Of a stretch of DNA of 38,623 bases, positions 1-12,508 are shown piece after piece. This DNA is from Callorhinchus milii (lineage: Eukaryota). Position numbers and translations under genes: made by a program. The stretch's first letter is position 1. Each line of letters begins with the position of its first letter. Below the pieces are notes generated by a model. The model made no database searches. It saw only the letters and a list, made by a program, of their open reading frames with translations, and was not told the origin of the DNA. The stretch is from assembly GCF_018977255.1 (NCBI RefSeq), contig NW_024705505.1, forward strand, positions 1 through 38,623, in the 5' to 3' direction.

Positions 1-188
1 TCAGGTCAAAGAAGGAAATGGAACCTCTGACCGCCGATCCACGGCTACTGCGGCCATCATTAGTTCCTCTGGCAACACTGTAACCGATCGAATTGTCTTC
101 CGTGGTCACAAAAGGGCCATTGAGATGGTAGTCTGCGGCGGGAATGTGCTATTGCCACGAAGCAATCGCGGCAGAACCGAGTGAATAG

Positions 189-224
189 GCGCGCGCGCGT
201 GCGTGCGTGCGTGCGTGTGTGTGC
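189..224. repeat. Compound (GC)n-(GTGC)n-(GT)n microsatellite in a CpG-rich stretch
   Basis: gcgcgcgcgcgtgcgtgcgtgcgtgcgtgtgtgtgc, an alternating purine-pyrimidine tract. Confidence 0.85.
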
Positions 225-1654
225 ACAAGATAGCGGTGTTTGTGCAATGCATGCACGTGCCGATTTCGGCGGAGAGAAAAAAAAACGAGAGCAGACATTC
301 GGCGGAGGCCCAAAGCAGCGCCAGAGCTGAAACGATAAGTGGCATTCCACGCAGAGGCCAAAAAGGTTCGCACGTGTACGCTGATAGCAGCAGCAGCGGC
401 GGACTGCCACTGCCCGCGCATCTCGAGAGGGCATCTCACGCGACCGGCGAGATGAGGCCGCCAGCTTTCTGACCGAAGCCACTTCATTAAAACAAATTTA
501 AAAACCGTCCCCCACTTCTCCCCCCCCCCCCAAGATTTAACAACAGGCGTCGTTACTACACGTGCGTCGCGTCCTTTTTAGAGATGTCGGCGATCATGGC
601 CTCCTGTTCATTTAGCTCTGTCGGTGGTGTTTTACTCAAGAAATGTGCACTCACAGTTGCATCCAATAGTTCAGACTGGTTATGCATTTAATTCGCTGTC
701 TTCTCTGGCTTCTTATACCTGGAATTTTCCCAGGAAAACTGATTTATGTACAGTCTCTTGTTCTATCTCATTATTACACGTCCAAGAAATATCACTTGCC
801 TTTTCTAATTATTTTCTTTATTATTATGTTTGTACCTGCGAACCGTACGACGTTCATGTCACTCATCTGACCTTGTCCATGACAATCTTAACATCCTTCT
901 CAAACACCACATTTCTATTGGTTCAGTTTGCTTTGCAGGGTCATGTAATTGTCCAGCTTTCACATCCATATGGGAGAACTCACCATATGTAACGCTGCAA
1001 TATACTCATTCTCGTCAATATAAATTTTAAAACAGATCAAATGTTCTGAAAAATATATTTTGCCAGCGCTATTCTTCTGTTTATCTCCGTGTCTTTGCTA
1101 CTGCGTATGGGGACCTACGGATGGAATTATCCTGATAAATGTAAATAACTATTTTATTATTTTCACGGAGGTGCTGCGAAGCCCTGCGATGTGTTTTGAG
1201 TCTGACCACGTGTTGTCCGGCATGACGCACCACAGTTAGCTCGCGTGCCTGGAGCTTCTTCCGCATTCTGTTCAGCTCCAGATGAATCTCCAGCACGTGG
1301 AGCGAAACGTCGGACATCGTGCTGGACGGCACGTGGTAACAACTCGAACACAGATGGGAGAGATGAACAGGTGCCATGTTTTTCGGTGACGCGCAATTCT
1401 CGAGCACAAGGCACGTATCTGGATCTGTGCCACCTATTCTGGGAACTACACACACACAACGGGTATAAAAAAACACATGTTTTTGAAATGGCTATTGAGC
1501 GGTCTGGGTTACTTGCATACCAGCTGGCGATGTGAATCTGTTGTTGTGACTGGCAGGCAACGCTGCGTCGCTGCCACAATGAGATGCATCTTGCCGCGGA
1601 TCATCGAGCGATTAGAGGATTCCTATTCCGGAGAGAGATCATTAAATAACACGA

Positions 1655-1912
1655 GGTAAGGTGCAGCCCTGAAAGTGCTTGCTCATGGCACTACTGGCAG
1701 AAGGAGCCTCGCTAGAGGAAGATCTAGAGGCCCCTCTAGAATGTAATTCACCTATTTTCCACATTGGCCAGAAGTGTTGAAAGAGGTCGGAGTATACCCA
1801 CAGATGACCTGCTGTTGGACTAACTGTGCTATATAGTACCCATTTATATTGCTGAGTAGTTGCAGGAACAAAAAACCGTATCGATTGTTTCAAATGGCAT
1901 GCTGGGAGATGG
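1655..1912 (+). repeat. Unclassified interspersed repeat, copy 1
   Basis: 1695-1910 is the reverse complement of 7080-7315 (e.g. ctagaatgtaattcacctatt, cagatgacctgctgttggactaa, ccgtatcgattgtttcaaatg). Its 5' part also matches 14685-14790. Confidence 0.85.
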
Positions 1913-2533
1913 AATCGGTGATCTGTCGATCGCGAATCTAGTGTGCTCACATGACGCCACGACAGCAGCATCTCCTGAGATTAACGAGCTGCCCGGCTCC
2001 TCGTGCCTCTCAACTGTTACAGATCCTTGCAATTCACATTTCCGACATTCGGCAGCTTTGCCAATGAAAGATAAATTCATGTTCATTCCCTTGATTGGGT
2101 CCCGCAGGAGAATCCTGAAGTTAAAAGTTGAATTTGAGTCCATCTGCTTGTTTTTCTTCTTCTCTTCTTTCTTGATTTATTTTCCCAGCATTCACATTTG
2201 GTAGTCAAACAATATGACTACGGGAAACGTAAAAAAAAATACGACAACAACCATAGACTTTCTGAACCTTGGGCACCCCTGGCGAGGGACGCGCAGAGAC
2301 ATAACAGACCTGCCGGTTATTTAAATGGCAACGGGAAAATGTGCTGACAGATCTGTGTCCTTGTGCGCACTCACCCAGCTCCCTGAGCCAAAATACACTG
2401 GGCAGGCAGGTGCTCTTCATTTCACTTTGGAGATTCCACATGGCCAGAGACCATGGTGGAATGCTTTAAAGTTAATTTGGGAAAGTAATGCATTCCAAAT
2501 GTTCCTTCGTTACAATTAGTAACATGATAGTGA

Positions 2534-2747
2534 GGGGCAGCAGAGCGGCGATTAGCGCACTGAGCAATGGGCCCGCCGGCGTGAGTTTGATCGCCTGACC
2601 AGACTATTTCATCACTGCCGAGTCATATTTGAACCTACTCTGCGCCCCGCACTGACCCCTATGGTGAAGTATGGCGAAATAACCACCAGGACCGGCATGG
2701 CGTGAGGGAGGCCTTCATCCAGCAGTGAATTGACAAAGAGCTGTAAG
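2534..2747 (+). mobile_element. tRNA-derived SINE with RTE-type 3' tail
   Basis: Degenerate tRNA-like head (gagtttgatcgcc B-box-like), body ggtgaagtatgg, and tail gaggccttcatccagcagtg shared with RTE LINE 3' ends in this window. Confidence 0.65.
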
Positions 2748-2788
2748 CTATTGTATGGTTTATTTTTATTCAAGCAAACGTGATTATT

Positions 2789-3067
2789 TCATGGGACCTC
2801 CTTTGCCAGCACCAAAATATGAGAATAGGTTTTTCCTTTTGGCGTCCTCTGGTCTAACACCGTTTCAGACTAGGCTCGAAAGAAAGCTGTCTCTGGTGTG
2901 GACCAATCAGTTTCAAGGACAATGCATATATTATCAGAGTGTGTTTTGTTTGCATTTTGACCACAAGCATTGTGATTAATGCAGACATTCCTTGTTAAAG
3001 GTTTCAGTTTGGTGTTTTAACATCTCACAGCTGTTTTGTTGCCAGAAAAAAGGGGAAAACCTATTCT
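2789..3067. mobile_element. Foldback-plus-tail retro-insertion, family 2 (PLE-like architecture), diverged copy
   Basis: 14-bp TSD CAAACGTGATTATT (2775-2788/3068-3081); 32-nt unpaired tail 2789-2820; short inverted arm 2821-2840 vs 3048-3068; homologous to 36644-36914 (gggacctc.tttgccag, ttttgttgccaga, attatcagagt). Confidence 0.75.
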
Positions 3068-3226
3068 CAAACGTGATTATTGTTGGACTGAATCTTAATT
3101 AGCCTCGAGACATTGCCAGGAAGATACCACTGTATTGCATTCTACAAGCAATTTATTATACGTTTGTGTTTGGGAAACATAATTAAGGAGAAATGGGATT
3201 GTACGTGAATGTACATTCTTGAGAGG

Positions 3227-3335
3227 TGTATGTATATGTCTGTTGAACTTATTTCGCACCGTACGTAACCAGCCATGCTCATCGGAGGTGCGGGCTCTGC
3301 TAATCGGATGTTTCGAAGTTCAGTGCGATCAGATG
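3227..3335 (-). mobile_element. L2-like LINE 3' end fragment
   Basis: tgtatgtatatg...ttgaacttatttcgcaccgtacgt...ggaggtgcggg matches 17875-17940 and the reverse complement of 21220-21282. Confidence 0.65.
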
Positions 3336-4321
3336 TCCAATGACTCTTTTACCAGTCAAAATGTCTCTGTCTAACGCAGTTATTTTTTACATGGGTACAT
3401 TCCACCTCTCTTCAAACCACTATCGGCTGTTCCATCAGCATCTGTGCTGTCCCATAACAAACTGCAGAAAAATGAAAGGCTTATAAGAATGCCACTCGTT
3501 TGAGATGCTAGATTTAGAAAGGATCTGCTGACAATGTTCAGTGGAGTGCACTGTGAAATGTAGCAATAATACATTTTCATTTGGAATTGCTGTTTCTCTT
3601 TAATTCGGCGATTTAGCACCCTGAAGCTCAGGGTCTTACGCACATGGTGATGATGATTTGTGCCAAACTACAACTTCTCATTGCACCCATTTTCTAACGC
3701 GATGTTTTCACAGCTTATTGTGAGAGGGGCCTATTGACACTAGGGTGTGCTGAAATACAACATGCACTCCCATTGCAGCGTTCACAATCGCCCCTTCACC
3801 TGCACATTTAAAAACTCCTCTTCAAAGCACCAGCACGTATAAGCACCAGAGATCAACAGCAGAGTTCCAAAGCGTCACGTGACAAAGCTCTCAATGTATA
3901 AAACAACCTCTTCCCAAATACAGAGCTAATGAAACAAACACACAAAACCCTTTTTTTCCTCCCAGCAAAATCAACATGCGCGCGGATAATTGACTAAAAC
4001 GTTATACAACAAACATGCAGTGCGATGCACGTACACACACAGTGAAAAACACAATACCTGGCTTGCTTAGCGCCTCTAGTTGAGGCTGTGACGGAGTGTT
4101 TATATACAGCCGGGAAGCCGTGGCGACTCCATAACAAGCAGGCGTTGGCAGTCTGATCACATCAAGTTGATTCACTGCGCAGATAATGCACGACACCCAT
4201 CTCATTCTCCAATGCCGTATGCTGCGGATCATAAGGCGCCGCAGAAAGTAAGACGAGCCCCAAACCTGTGGCTGCCCGGTCTCAATGGAGTGGCACACAT
4301 TTGGTCGCATGGGCACACACA

Positions 4322-4420
4322 CACCGCTGGATTATAAGACGCACCCTTAACTTTGTTGTTATAATGAGGGGTGGGCGGGGAGGGGGATAATGCACGTCTT
4401 ATAACCCATAAAATACGGCA
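4322..4420. mobile_element. Tc1/mariner-pogo-like MITE remnant
   Basis: Inverted ttataagacg (4332-4341)/cgtcttataa (4395-4404), ending aaaatacgg; resembles pogo-type CCGTATTT...TATAAGACGCAC terminal inverted repeats (TIRs). Confidence 0.5.
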
Positions 4421-4477
4421 AATACAGAGGGAAAATTATTTCCATAAAAAATTCCTCGCTGTAACATGAAAAACATA

Positions 4478-4663
4478 TTCTAGATTTGAAGCTTTCGTGA
4501 CTGCAAGGATTAATATTCTTAGGTTTTTTTCGGTAAAGTCACCGTGTAGGTAAAAAAAAAAATTAATTAAAGTAAAATAAAATAAAAATCACGACGTTTA
4601 TATTTTACTTTTATTAATTGAAATGTTTTACCTACGTGACTTTACCGGAAAAAACCTAAGAAT
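4478..4663. mobile_element. Penelope-like element terminal fragment, foldback
   Basis: 12-bp TSD ATGAAAAACATA (4466-4477/4664-4675); tail gatttgaagctttcgtgactgca; inverted ggtaaagtcac/gtgactttacc arms; hammerhead truncated to cacgacgttt. Confidence 0.85.
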
Positions 4664-6109
4664 ATGAAAAACATAGTTTTGTATGAAACTCACTTTAAAA
4701 TAAATGTTTGCATATCATGTACCGCTAATCCCTATTTTCCCAGCCGTCATTTCTCAGACGCGCGGCAGCTGCGCCAGCGGCTCCGGCTTTATTCGTTCAG
4801 GAATCCGCGCTTCTCATTCACCGTATTTCGAGCTTTACGCCGGGAAAAGCCTCTGAAATAGCGAGGCGATCAGGAATCACGCGGCCACTCAGCGGCACCA
4901 GGCCGTGGCGCCGTCAAAGGGGCTGTGCACGCGCGCGCGGGTCTTCTCCTGTTTCCACTGCCGACACGGCTTGCAGCCATGGTTATCAACAACCAACAAC
5001 AACAAAATCACATTTCGTGCCGTAATTCCTGCGGTGCGACGCACTGTGTGTGTCATCGGAAAGTGCCGTCGCAATTGCTCGTCAGTTTGTGTCTTTCTTA
5101 TTTTGTATACCCTGTGGGGAAAGACAAAAAAATATATATAAAAAATTTGCGTTGTTCATTTGCACAACCGAGCTCGGCCGCAGTGGTGTCTCTACCCGTC
5201 GCTATTTCAGACTGGCATCGGCAACTCAGATCGGTTACTGCCAGCGTTTGCTGTCTCAATCTGAGCCTGCCCAAGAGAGGGTTCGCAGTTGTGAAGTCTT
5301 AAACTAGGTCATTAAAATACATACTTAAAGATTAAAGCAATAAAATGTTTCTCGTCTCTATTACAAAGATTCATATTTTCTCTAACACTGGGTTTATTGC
5401 ATGGTATGGAAATCATTGCAAGGCTCACTACTGTCCTTAACTATGACTTAAATCCTGTCATTAATATACGCTGTCTAATTTAGTTGTATTATAACAACAC
5501 GATTTACTTATTCAGTAAAGCCTCACTGATACAGTGTGGACATAAGCCAGGGGAACCTTGAGAAAGCCAACGCTTTAAGTAGCAACAATATCAAACATCG
5601 ACACAGATGGGTCAGCAGCAAATCTGCTGTGCTACCACACAGAGAAATGGAATCATGTTTGATCAGACGCTTAATCCCGCGATCTCAATGCGCCTTCTGC
5701 CAGCGCAAAACAAACAAAAACTACAAAAACATCACTGTGACGAAAAATGGGATAAGATAAACGGGAGGAAAATTACCAAGGAAAAATCACAAACTTGAAA
5801 GATGTCACAGAGGGTACCGATGACCCCCACTCATGCGCACCGGGGTACAACCGCCACAGACGAATCTGAGCGTCAGCAAAGGGGTCGTGGGGGAAGTCCA
5901 GCGACAACGCGACGAAAGAGAGAGAGCCGTGGTCCAGTCTGCCATCTTGGCATCGCACCCAAGCACCACCCAACCACAATCCAAACTGGAGAATCTCTGG
6001 AGAGACAAGATGCCCACCAGGATGAGGTAATGGCAAGCCCACCCCAACCACCAAAGAGCAAGATTGCAAACCGACGTAATATTCCCTTAAACGCGATATG
6101 TCTGGTTCT

Positions 6110-6362
6110 TCTTCTTGGTTCTTTCGGTAATGTCACGAGAAGGGAAATAATAAAATAATAAAATTAAACATAATAAAATTATTCTCACGACGTTTCGGCC
6201 ACAACGCAAGCAGCCGTCCTCAGGTGAAGAACAGGGCTGTCGGGAAGACAGCGTCTGAATGAAACACCACCAGGCTTGGTGGTGTTTCATTCCTTCTATG
6301 TGACTTTACCGAAAGAACCAAGAAGATGAATCCCTGCAGTCACGAAAGCTTTAAATCTAAAA
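6110..6362. mobile_element. Penelope-like element terminal fragment, foldback with hammerhead
   Basis: 12-bp TSD ATGTCTGGTTCT (6098-6109/6363-6374); inverted arms; 3' tail atgaatccctgcagtcacgaaagctttaaatc; perfect 16-bp hairpin 6257-6292 at the inversion junction. Confidence 0.88.
6181..6231 (-). ncRNA. Minimal type I hammerhead ribozyme motif (PLE-type)
   Basis: Minus strand: UUCUUCAC-CUGAGGA-C-GGCUGC-UUGCGUU-GUGGCC-GAAAC-GUC/GUGAGAA. Stem I UUCAC:GUGAG, 6-bp stem II, palindromic ACGU in place of a stem III hairpin. Confidence 0.82.
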
Positions 6363-7079
6363 ATGTCTGGTTCTGTATTACTATTCGGTAGTTCCAGTGT
6401 CTCGTTTAAAACTTGGTTTTCAAAGTTTTTACTGAAGGATCGGTTGATAATAATCGTTTGGCTTTTTGCTGTGCAGTGATTTCTTCAGACGTGTCTATCG
6501 TGCTTGCCTGTGTGTGTTGTCTCAGAGACGTGTCAATGGTCACTGCTCTCGCATTAAGGGCCCGGGGAAAGCTGTCTGGCTATGAGGATTGCGAGGATTT
6601 AAGCGAAGGTCAGGTCAGCATGGATTTCAACTCCGTTGGTATTACCGAGTAAGAATTATTTAGCAGCTGAGCACACCCAATCCCATGACAAAGTCAAGGC
6701 ACAGCCGCATAAACCAATCTAGCCATAAACGCTAAGTGTATTATTCGTGGAGCCAACAGTTGTTCAATTATTTCCAGCCATAAGAATCTACTGTAATCGC
6801 TGTAATAACCCAAACATATCCGGAAGCCTGCTGCAAATGCTTTCAAATAATTTATTTTCAGTATTAGGCCCACGACTTCGCATCACATGGAACAACAAGG
6901 AAGTTCTGGAAATAATAGACGTGAACAAAAACACACAAGGTGATTGATTCATTGACGAAAATGATTTATTTCGGACATGAAGAGGATGGCGATAGAGATA
7001 ACACTCGAAGGTTCTAAGGAAGAGGAAGACCACGATACGACTGGATGTTAAATATAAAAAGTACTGGACGGCATGGAAG

Positions 7080-7315
7080 CTGTCTCAGCATGACATTTGA
7101 AACAATCGATACGGGTTTTCCCCCTTCCTGCTACTACTCAGCAATATAAATGGGTTCTATAGAGCACAATTAGTCCAACAGCAGGTCATCTGTTGGTGTG
7201 GCAAAGCGTGGGTATACTCCGATCTCTTTCAACACATCTGGCCAACGTGGAAGAATAGGTGAATTACATTCTAGAGGGATCTTTAGATCTTCCTCCAGTG
7301 AGGACCCTTCTTCCG
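7080..7315 (-). repeat. Unclassified interspersed repeat, copy 2 (inverted relative to copy 1)
   Basis: Reverse complement of 1695-1910, with a short extra segment near 7193-7209. Confidence 0.85.
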
Positions 7316-8228
7316 ATAAAATAAAAACAGTTTCTTGAATTGTATTATTTATGATTTATTTTTATTTACTTCTTATCTTTCTTTGATATTCGTTGCGCGT
7401 GCTTGCAATCAACTTTGCTCAGTCGGTGTCAGGCACTTCCCATGTGGCCTTTGCCGTTCCGTTGTAATGTGCACTACTTTATTGAGGGCGATATTGGCAC
7501 GTAAAATAAAGATCGATTGATTGATTGACGCAGCGGCAGGCAGAAAGAAGTGAAAGACCACCGCAAGGGGTAGAGGACATGGTCATGCCTCCACGGCCCA
7601 AGAGGCCAGGGAGGAGACGGACAAGAACACTTACTTCACACGCTGGACGAGTGTTACCTTGATATAAACAAAACACAACAACAACAAACCCGATTTACGG
7701 CAGTGATACGTAAAAATTGCAAAGAAAAAAAAGTCACGCTATTTCAAATTAACAGAGGCCTTTCAAATCGGCTACTCATTGTTTTAAACCAGTCCAGTCG
7801 TCGAGCACAAATAAGACCTGTTTTAAAGAGACTTGCAGGTTCAATGGGCTCCCACGTGGTTCAAACAAAGGAAACATACGTCGCTATTCGAGCTTGGCTT
7901 AATACCTGAGCGGATAATCACGTAAGTTGGCACAAGAAAGTCAAGACTTGTGCTCCAGGGACAATTCCTGGTTTCTCGGTTTGCGACACGAGGCACGTCG
8001 TTTTCGTAATCTGTGGGATTACGAAAACGGTGTTACAATGCGATAACGTAAAGTTTTTGTTTTAGGGCGTGCAAACAATAGACATACGCAATTTTAATAT
8101 ACTCATTTTGTACGCAACTACTAGTCGTATTGTGTGTGTTTATTTGTTTTTGGGAGGTTATGTTCTACCCAATGAGAAAACATACTGGGAAAAATACTAT
8201 TATTATTTTATCAGCTATGAAAATACCA

Positions 8229-8415
8229 GCCATCACCATCATCCATGATCAATCTACTGCTGGACGAAGGCTTACTCAAGCAACCATCACTCACGATCCA
8301 GTGATGTAATAACGATCTTCCCAGCACCTGCACAGAGCGCTTATTTCATCACTCCATCTCCTCGGTAGAGGCCTCCTCAAGATGCGTTCCATCCGTTCAC
8401 TGCGACTCCATCATT
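8229..8415 (-). mobile_element. RTE LINE 3' end fragment
   Basis: Minus strand has an R-G-x-P-R-R-W-S-D-E-I-like segment (agaggcctcctc, ttcatcactccatctc on plus), a gccttcgtccagcagt tail motif and a (GAT)n-like tail; homologous to 31671-31830. Confidence 0.7.
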
Positions 8416-9043
8416 ATTCTTGACCATCAGCCATCATCACACTGTCTGTGGCAGACAGTGTGCACCCCGCATCGGACGATACAGTCATCGGAGAACCCAC
8501 GATAATTAATGGGGTCATCATCGGATGCGATGGACTGACTACCTGAAGCAAAGCAGTAAGCAAGATTGTGGGTTGGGCAGTGTTCATCTCTCTTGGCGGT
8601 TCTGAGCCATGAGTGGGGATTCTACAGTATTCGACATTGTTCCGATTGTGGAGAAAGGTCTTTCCATGTAACACCACTCGCTGTTGTCTATGTTGAATAT
8701 AATGGGAGTGGTATGATTGTAATCATTTACGTATACCGTGATGACCCCAATTAATGGAAATAAATATCAATCATTACACGTTTGTAGTAACGCGTAATGA
8801 TCTTTGGATATTGTAGCAGACAATATTATATTAATGCCCTCAACTGACCCATGAAAGCCACGGTTTTGTTTTGATAATGGTCTTGTATTAGGATGTTTGA
8901 GCAATTCAATTCATGAGTATTTGGCACAAAACTTGAGTTATATGAAAGAACTCAGCACATTTAAAGGGTAACACACAAAGCTCCATGCATACACGTTCAA
9001 GAATCCGTTGCTGTACTACCATTTCCTAGCTCCTTCACAGGCT

Positions 9044-9155
9044 AAGACCTACAGAACCTGGTATTCACAAGCAGTCTGTCATCCAAGCGCAACCGAGGCT
9101 TAAGCCTCCGAGATTTGATGAGACCGGGCACATTCAGGGCGATTCGGTTGTGAGT
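9044..9155 (-). pseudogene. 5S rRNA pseudogene (diverged, about 10-nt internal deletion)
   Basis: Reverse complement ...GCCCTGAATGTGCCCGGTCTCATCAAATCTCGGAGGCTTAAGC...CTTGGATGACAGACTGCTTGTGAATACCAGGTTCTGTAGG aligns collinearly with vertebrate 5S (CCCTGAACGCGCCCGATCTCGTCTGATCTCGGAAGCTAAGC...CTTGGATGGGAGACCGCCTGGGAATACCGGGTGCTGTAGG). Confidence 0.85.
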
Positions 9156-9879
9156 ATATGCAATTGTCTACCACCGTTAAGTCAGACGCTGCAAGTGAGA
9201 CAGAGGTTTAAAAAAAAAGAGACAGAGGTGAAGGACAAGTGGGCATGGACGAGAGGGGGCTCTCGGGTTTGCCAAGTGTGACTGATGTGTGTACGCCGGG
9301 ATTCCATGCAGCCTTGCCATACTCCAAGATCCATCCACCTTTTTTAACGGCTTAGAAACAGCAACATCACCCAACAGGCCGCGTCAACAGCAACGTGTTA
9401 GAAAAAAAAGTTTGCCGTAGACGTTGTAATAATACTCGTAAGGGATTTTAAAACGCATTCCTGATTGTTTTTTTAACGTAGTCGACTCAAGAAGCCAAAG
9501 CGTCTCCCTCTTTTATGTACTCCTCTCTCATCAGTCATCCAGAGTTAATGCTGGGCATTCCACATCCCTTTAGCAAGAGCCAGTCTCGCCCTATGCATTA
9601 CGGGAGTAACGGTGCATCGATCCTTCGGCTGGTATCTACCGTTAAATAATTCACGATATATGCATCAAATCGCATGTCTAAGAATCAATGTTTTATTACT
9701 CGTATACAAGGCAAGGGGTCCATGTGACTCCTGCAGCATTGCCACCCGGCACGATTTAAATCGATCATTGAAACGAATCACGACCCTGAATCGTGACAAA
9801 TCATGAAATCTCAGGGAGTGGGTGTGGAGGGAGGGGGCACAGTTATTGCACGCTTCATGTACATGGTTTATATTTACTC

Positions 9880-10145
9880 GCCACGGTGGCAAGATGTTAA
9901 CTCCGGCGTCGGGTTCGATCCCGACGCCTGAATATTTGGAGTCTGCATGATCTCCCCATGGTCGCGTGGATTTTCCTCCGGGTGCTACGGTTTTTCTCCC
10001 CACATTTAGAATCAACATGCGTTGAAAGTATTTGGCTGCTTTACATTTCCACGTGATAAGCAACTTCGTTGAGCTATCATATGTGGCTAGGCCGCTTATG
10101 AAAACGAGCTATATAGCTCAGTGGGCGTTACCTGGTAAAAAATAC
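9880..10145 (+). mobile_element. V-domain SINE (V-SINE)
   Basis: Head with B box gggttcgatccc; V-domain-like tggagtctgcatgatctccccatggtcgcgtggattttcctccgggtgctacggtttttctcccaca; tail gagctatatagctcagtggg..ttacctggtaaaa. Further copies at 12300, 29750 and 32322. Confidence 0.85.
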
Positions 10146-10607
10146 AAAATAGTTACTAGTTCATTAACCAGATGGGAGCCCACTGAGGTTCATTCTCTCC
10201 TTCCGTTGGCATCCTTTAACCAAGCAATCCTGATTACGATCTCGGTAATTACTAGGCGATTAGCATTTTTGTTTAAACCAGGTGAGAGACAATACTATTG
10301 TCATGCTCGTGAATTAGGAAGTGCAACGGCCAATCTCTAGATTCGCTCAGTTGTTAATTGATCCTCCTGAATTACGGGCCTTGCCCTGGTAAACATGTAA
10401 ACAGTTTTAATAGCCTATAAAGTGTTGAACATGCGTTGGCTACTCGGGGGGGACATGGTTGGAGGAGAGGGGAACGAGTGGGAGTCGTGGGCGGAGAGAG
10501 ATGGAGATGGCTGTGTAAGGGGAGCTGAAGAAGATGGGTGAAGAGGGTTCATACTGACCTGTCTCCCTCGTGAATGTCACGACACGTGCACAGCTCTACA
10601 GGGCGCA

Positions 10608-10750
10608 TGAGAAGGCGACCACCACCGAGATGAGATCCGCTCGTGTGATGGAATGCGGCATCGCAGGACCGTAGGGGGGGGTGGTGATGGCTTGGGGAAG
10701 CCTTCATCCAGCAGTGGATGGGCAATGGTTGTTGCTGCAGATGATGATGG
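10608..10750 (+). mobile_element. RTE LINE 3' end fragment
   Basis: agaaggcgaccaccaccgagatg (R-R-R-P-P-P-R) ... ggggaagccttcatccagcagtggat (GEAFIQQW) ... gatgatgatg tail. Confidence 0.75.
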
Positions 10751-11929
10751 GACACTTACGGATACATTCCTGGAGTTTATCTTATTTTGCATTATAATAA
10801 CGTTGAGAGTAATGTGCTCTTCATAGATGTTCTCGACGCAGCCATGATGTTAGAGACTGCTGTATGGCGACAATGAAGCAGGGATGTTATTATTTAATAT
10901 TGTATTTGGTTTCAAGTTCCATTTGTTATTTGAGCAAGCGCCATGCGTTCAAACAAAACGCTGTTCGGTAAACAAATGTCAGGCTGAAAAATGTTTGCTA
11001 CTCGCAAAGGGGATACAAATGCACGTCCTTTTTTTATTTTGTTGAATAAATTCATTAAGGACTTCAGTGAATTCGTTTTAAGTTGAAAGACATTTACACG
11101 TGACAGATTCCCTCCAATCAGAGATGGTTATAATTGGGAGGCTTCTGTAAAAAAACAATGTATTCATCACAAAGAGACACAGTTCCATACTGGAAACTAG
11201 TAAGTGGCTTAACCCACCAAAATACATTTTTATTCAAATAATCCAAGTTATTTCCCCGGCATGTCTAAGCAAAATTAGTGTCAGAAAGCCCTGTTTTGTG
11301 ATAAGAGCATCTCGCTGAACACAATTTGCACAGTAAATTGAGCCACCTCTCAAATACGTCGTTCAGGATTTTCCAGAACGTGGACATATCTGAGAGATCC
11401 ATATATATATCTAAACACAGTACGGTATTTTAATTTCCTTCACAAGAGCGAAGACGAAATATTTACGCCCAACCCATCCGTCCAAATCAACAGGAATGGT
11501 AATAATTATTTTTTATTGCGTCTATTTAATTGGCATTGCCAGCACACACCCTCTTTTTAACAACTGTGTGTGTGGCAGTGGCTGCTGCTTTAAGAACAGA
11601 GCTGATGTTTTCACAGAGCTGTTTCTGCAGCCATAACAACATTGCTTCACTCCCTCGTAAACATCGTTTGTTTACTTACCTACGCGCTGCGTGTTGCGTG
11701 TGTGCACATTCACACACACACACACGGTTGTACAATACTCAGCAAAACGATCTGTACTATATACGTACGCATGCGTTCTCGGTGGATGGGAACGGTGGTG
11801 AGGTGGTGTATATACTGAGCTCTGAACCTGGGCTAACATCACTGGTGAGCGATTTCGACCATCAGCTCTGAGTGCTCCTGACGCAATGTGCGGTGGATTT
11901 GACACCAAGCCGCAACTTACGTTGCGCGT

Positions 11930-12055
11930 CTTCAACTCTTTGTCGATCCACTGCTGGATGGAGACCTTCCACACACCACGTCAGCCAACAAGAGGGTTGA
12001 TGCCGACACTTTACCACGCTTGTTGGTGCGGGTTGGTGAAGGTTTGTGCCGGGGT
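11930..12055 (-). mobile_element. RTE-tailed SINE, 3' portion
   Basis: Reverse complement ccttcaccaacccgcac...agcgtggtaaagt...ccatccagcagtggatcgacaaagag matches 32634-32752. Confidence 0.7.
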
Positions 12056-12299
12056 GGGGCGTGCAAGAACATTTGAGATATCACTCACCACCACCGATAT
12101 TAATAAGATTCGGAATATGTATTTATACCGGAGGAAACCGATGAGCTTCAAAACCCTTTTTCACAGATGTCCAGTCGGGGAATGTCAGAACGGTACAACG
12201 ACAAATACTACAACAATACGGCAGGAGTGCAAAGTCTAGGGAAGGTCAACAAATCACTCACAACACGTGCAAATTAAGCTAAAGCACGCATTGTGTATC

Positions 12300-12508
12300 T
12301 TAGCAGGTAAAAGCCACTGAGCCTTTAGCTGTGGCAATGCATGGCAAGCAAAATAAAATAAATAATCGAGACGCATGTTTCTTATCCACGCGACCGCGTG
12401 GAAAACATGCAAACTCCAAATATACAGCGGGCGTTAGGGTCGGTATGGGACGTGAACTCAGGTCGCCGGGTTCATAGCACGTAACACAAACCACGGCATC
12501 AGCGCTCC
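12300..12508 (-). mobile_element. V-SINE, internally deleted, alternative tRNA head
   Basis: atccacgcgacc...aacatgcaaactccaaatatacagc matches 29928-29976; tail remnant caggtaaaagccactgagc; head gaactcaggtcgccgggttcatagc matches 30675-30699. Confidence 0.7.

Noticed and set aside
60..487. Overlapping short ORFs in the first CpG-rich 500 bp
   Set aside because: Span a microsatellite, open in several frames from GC richness, no recognisable product.
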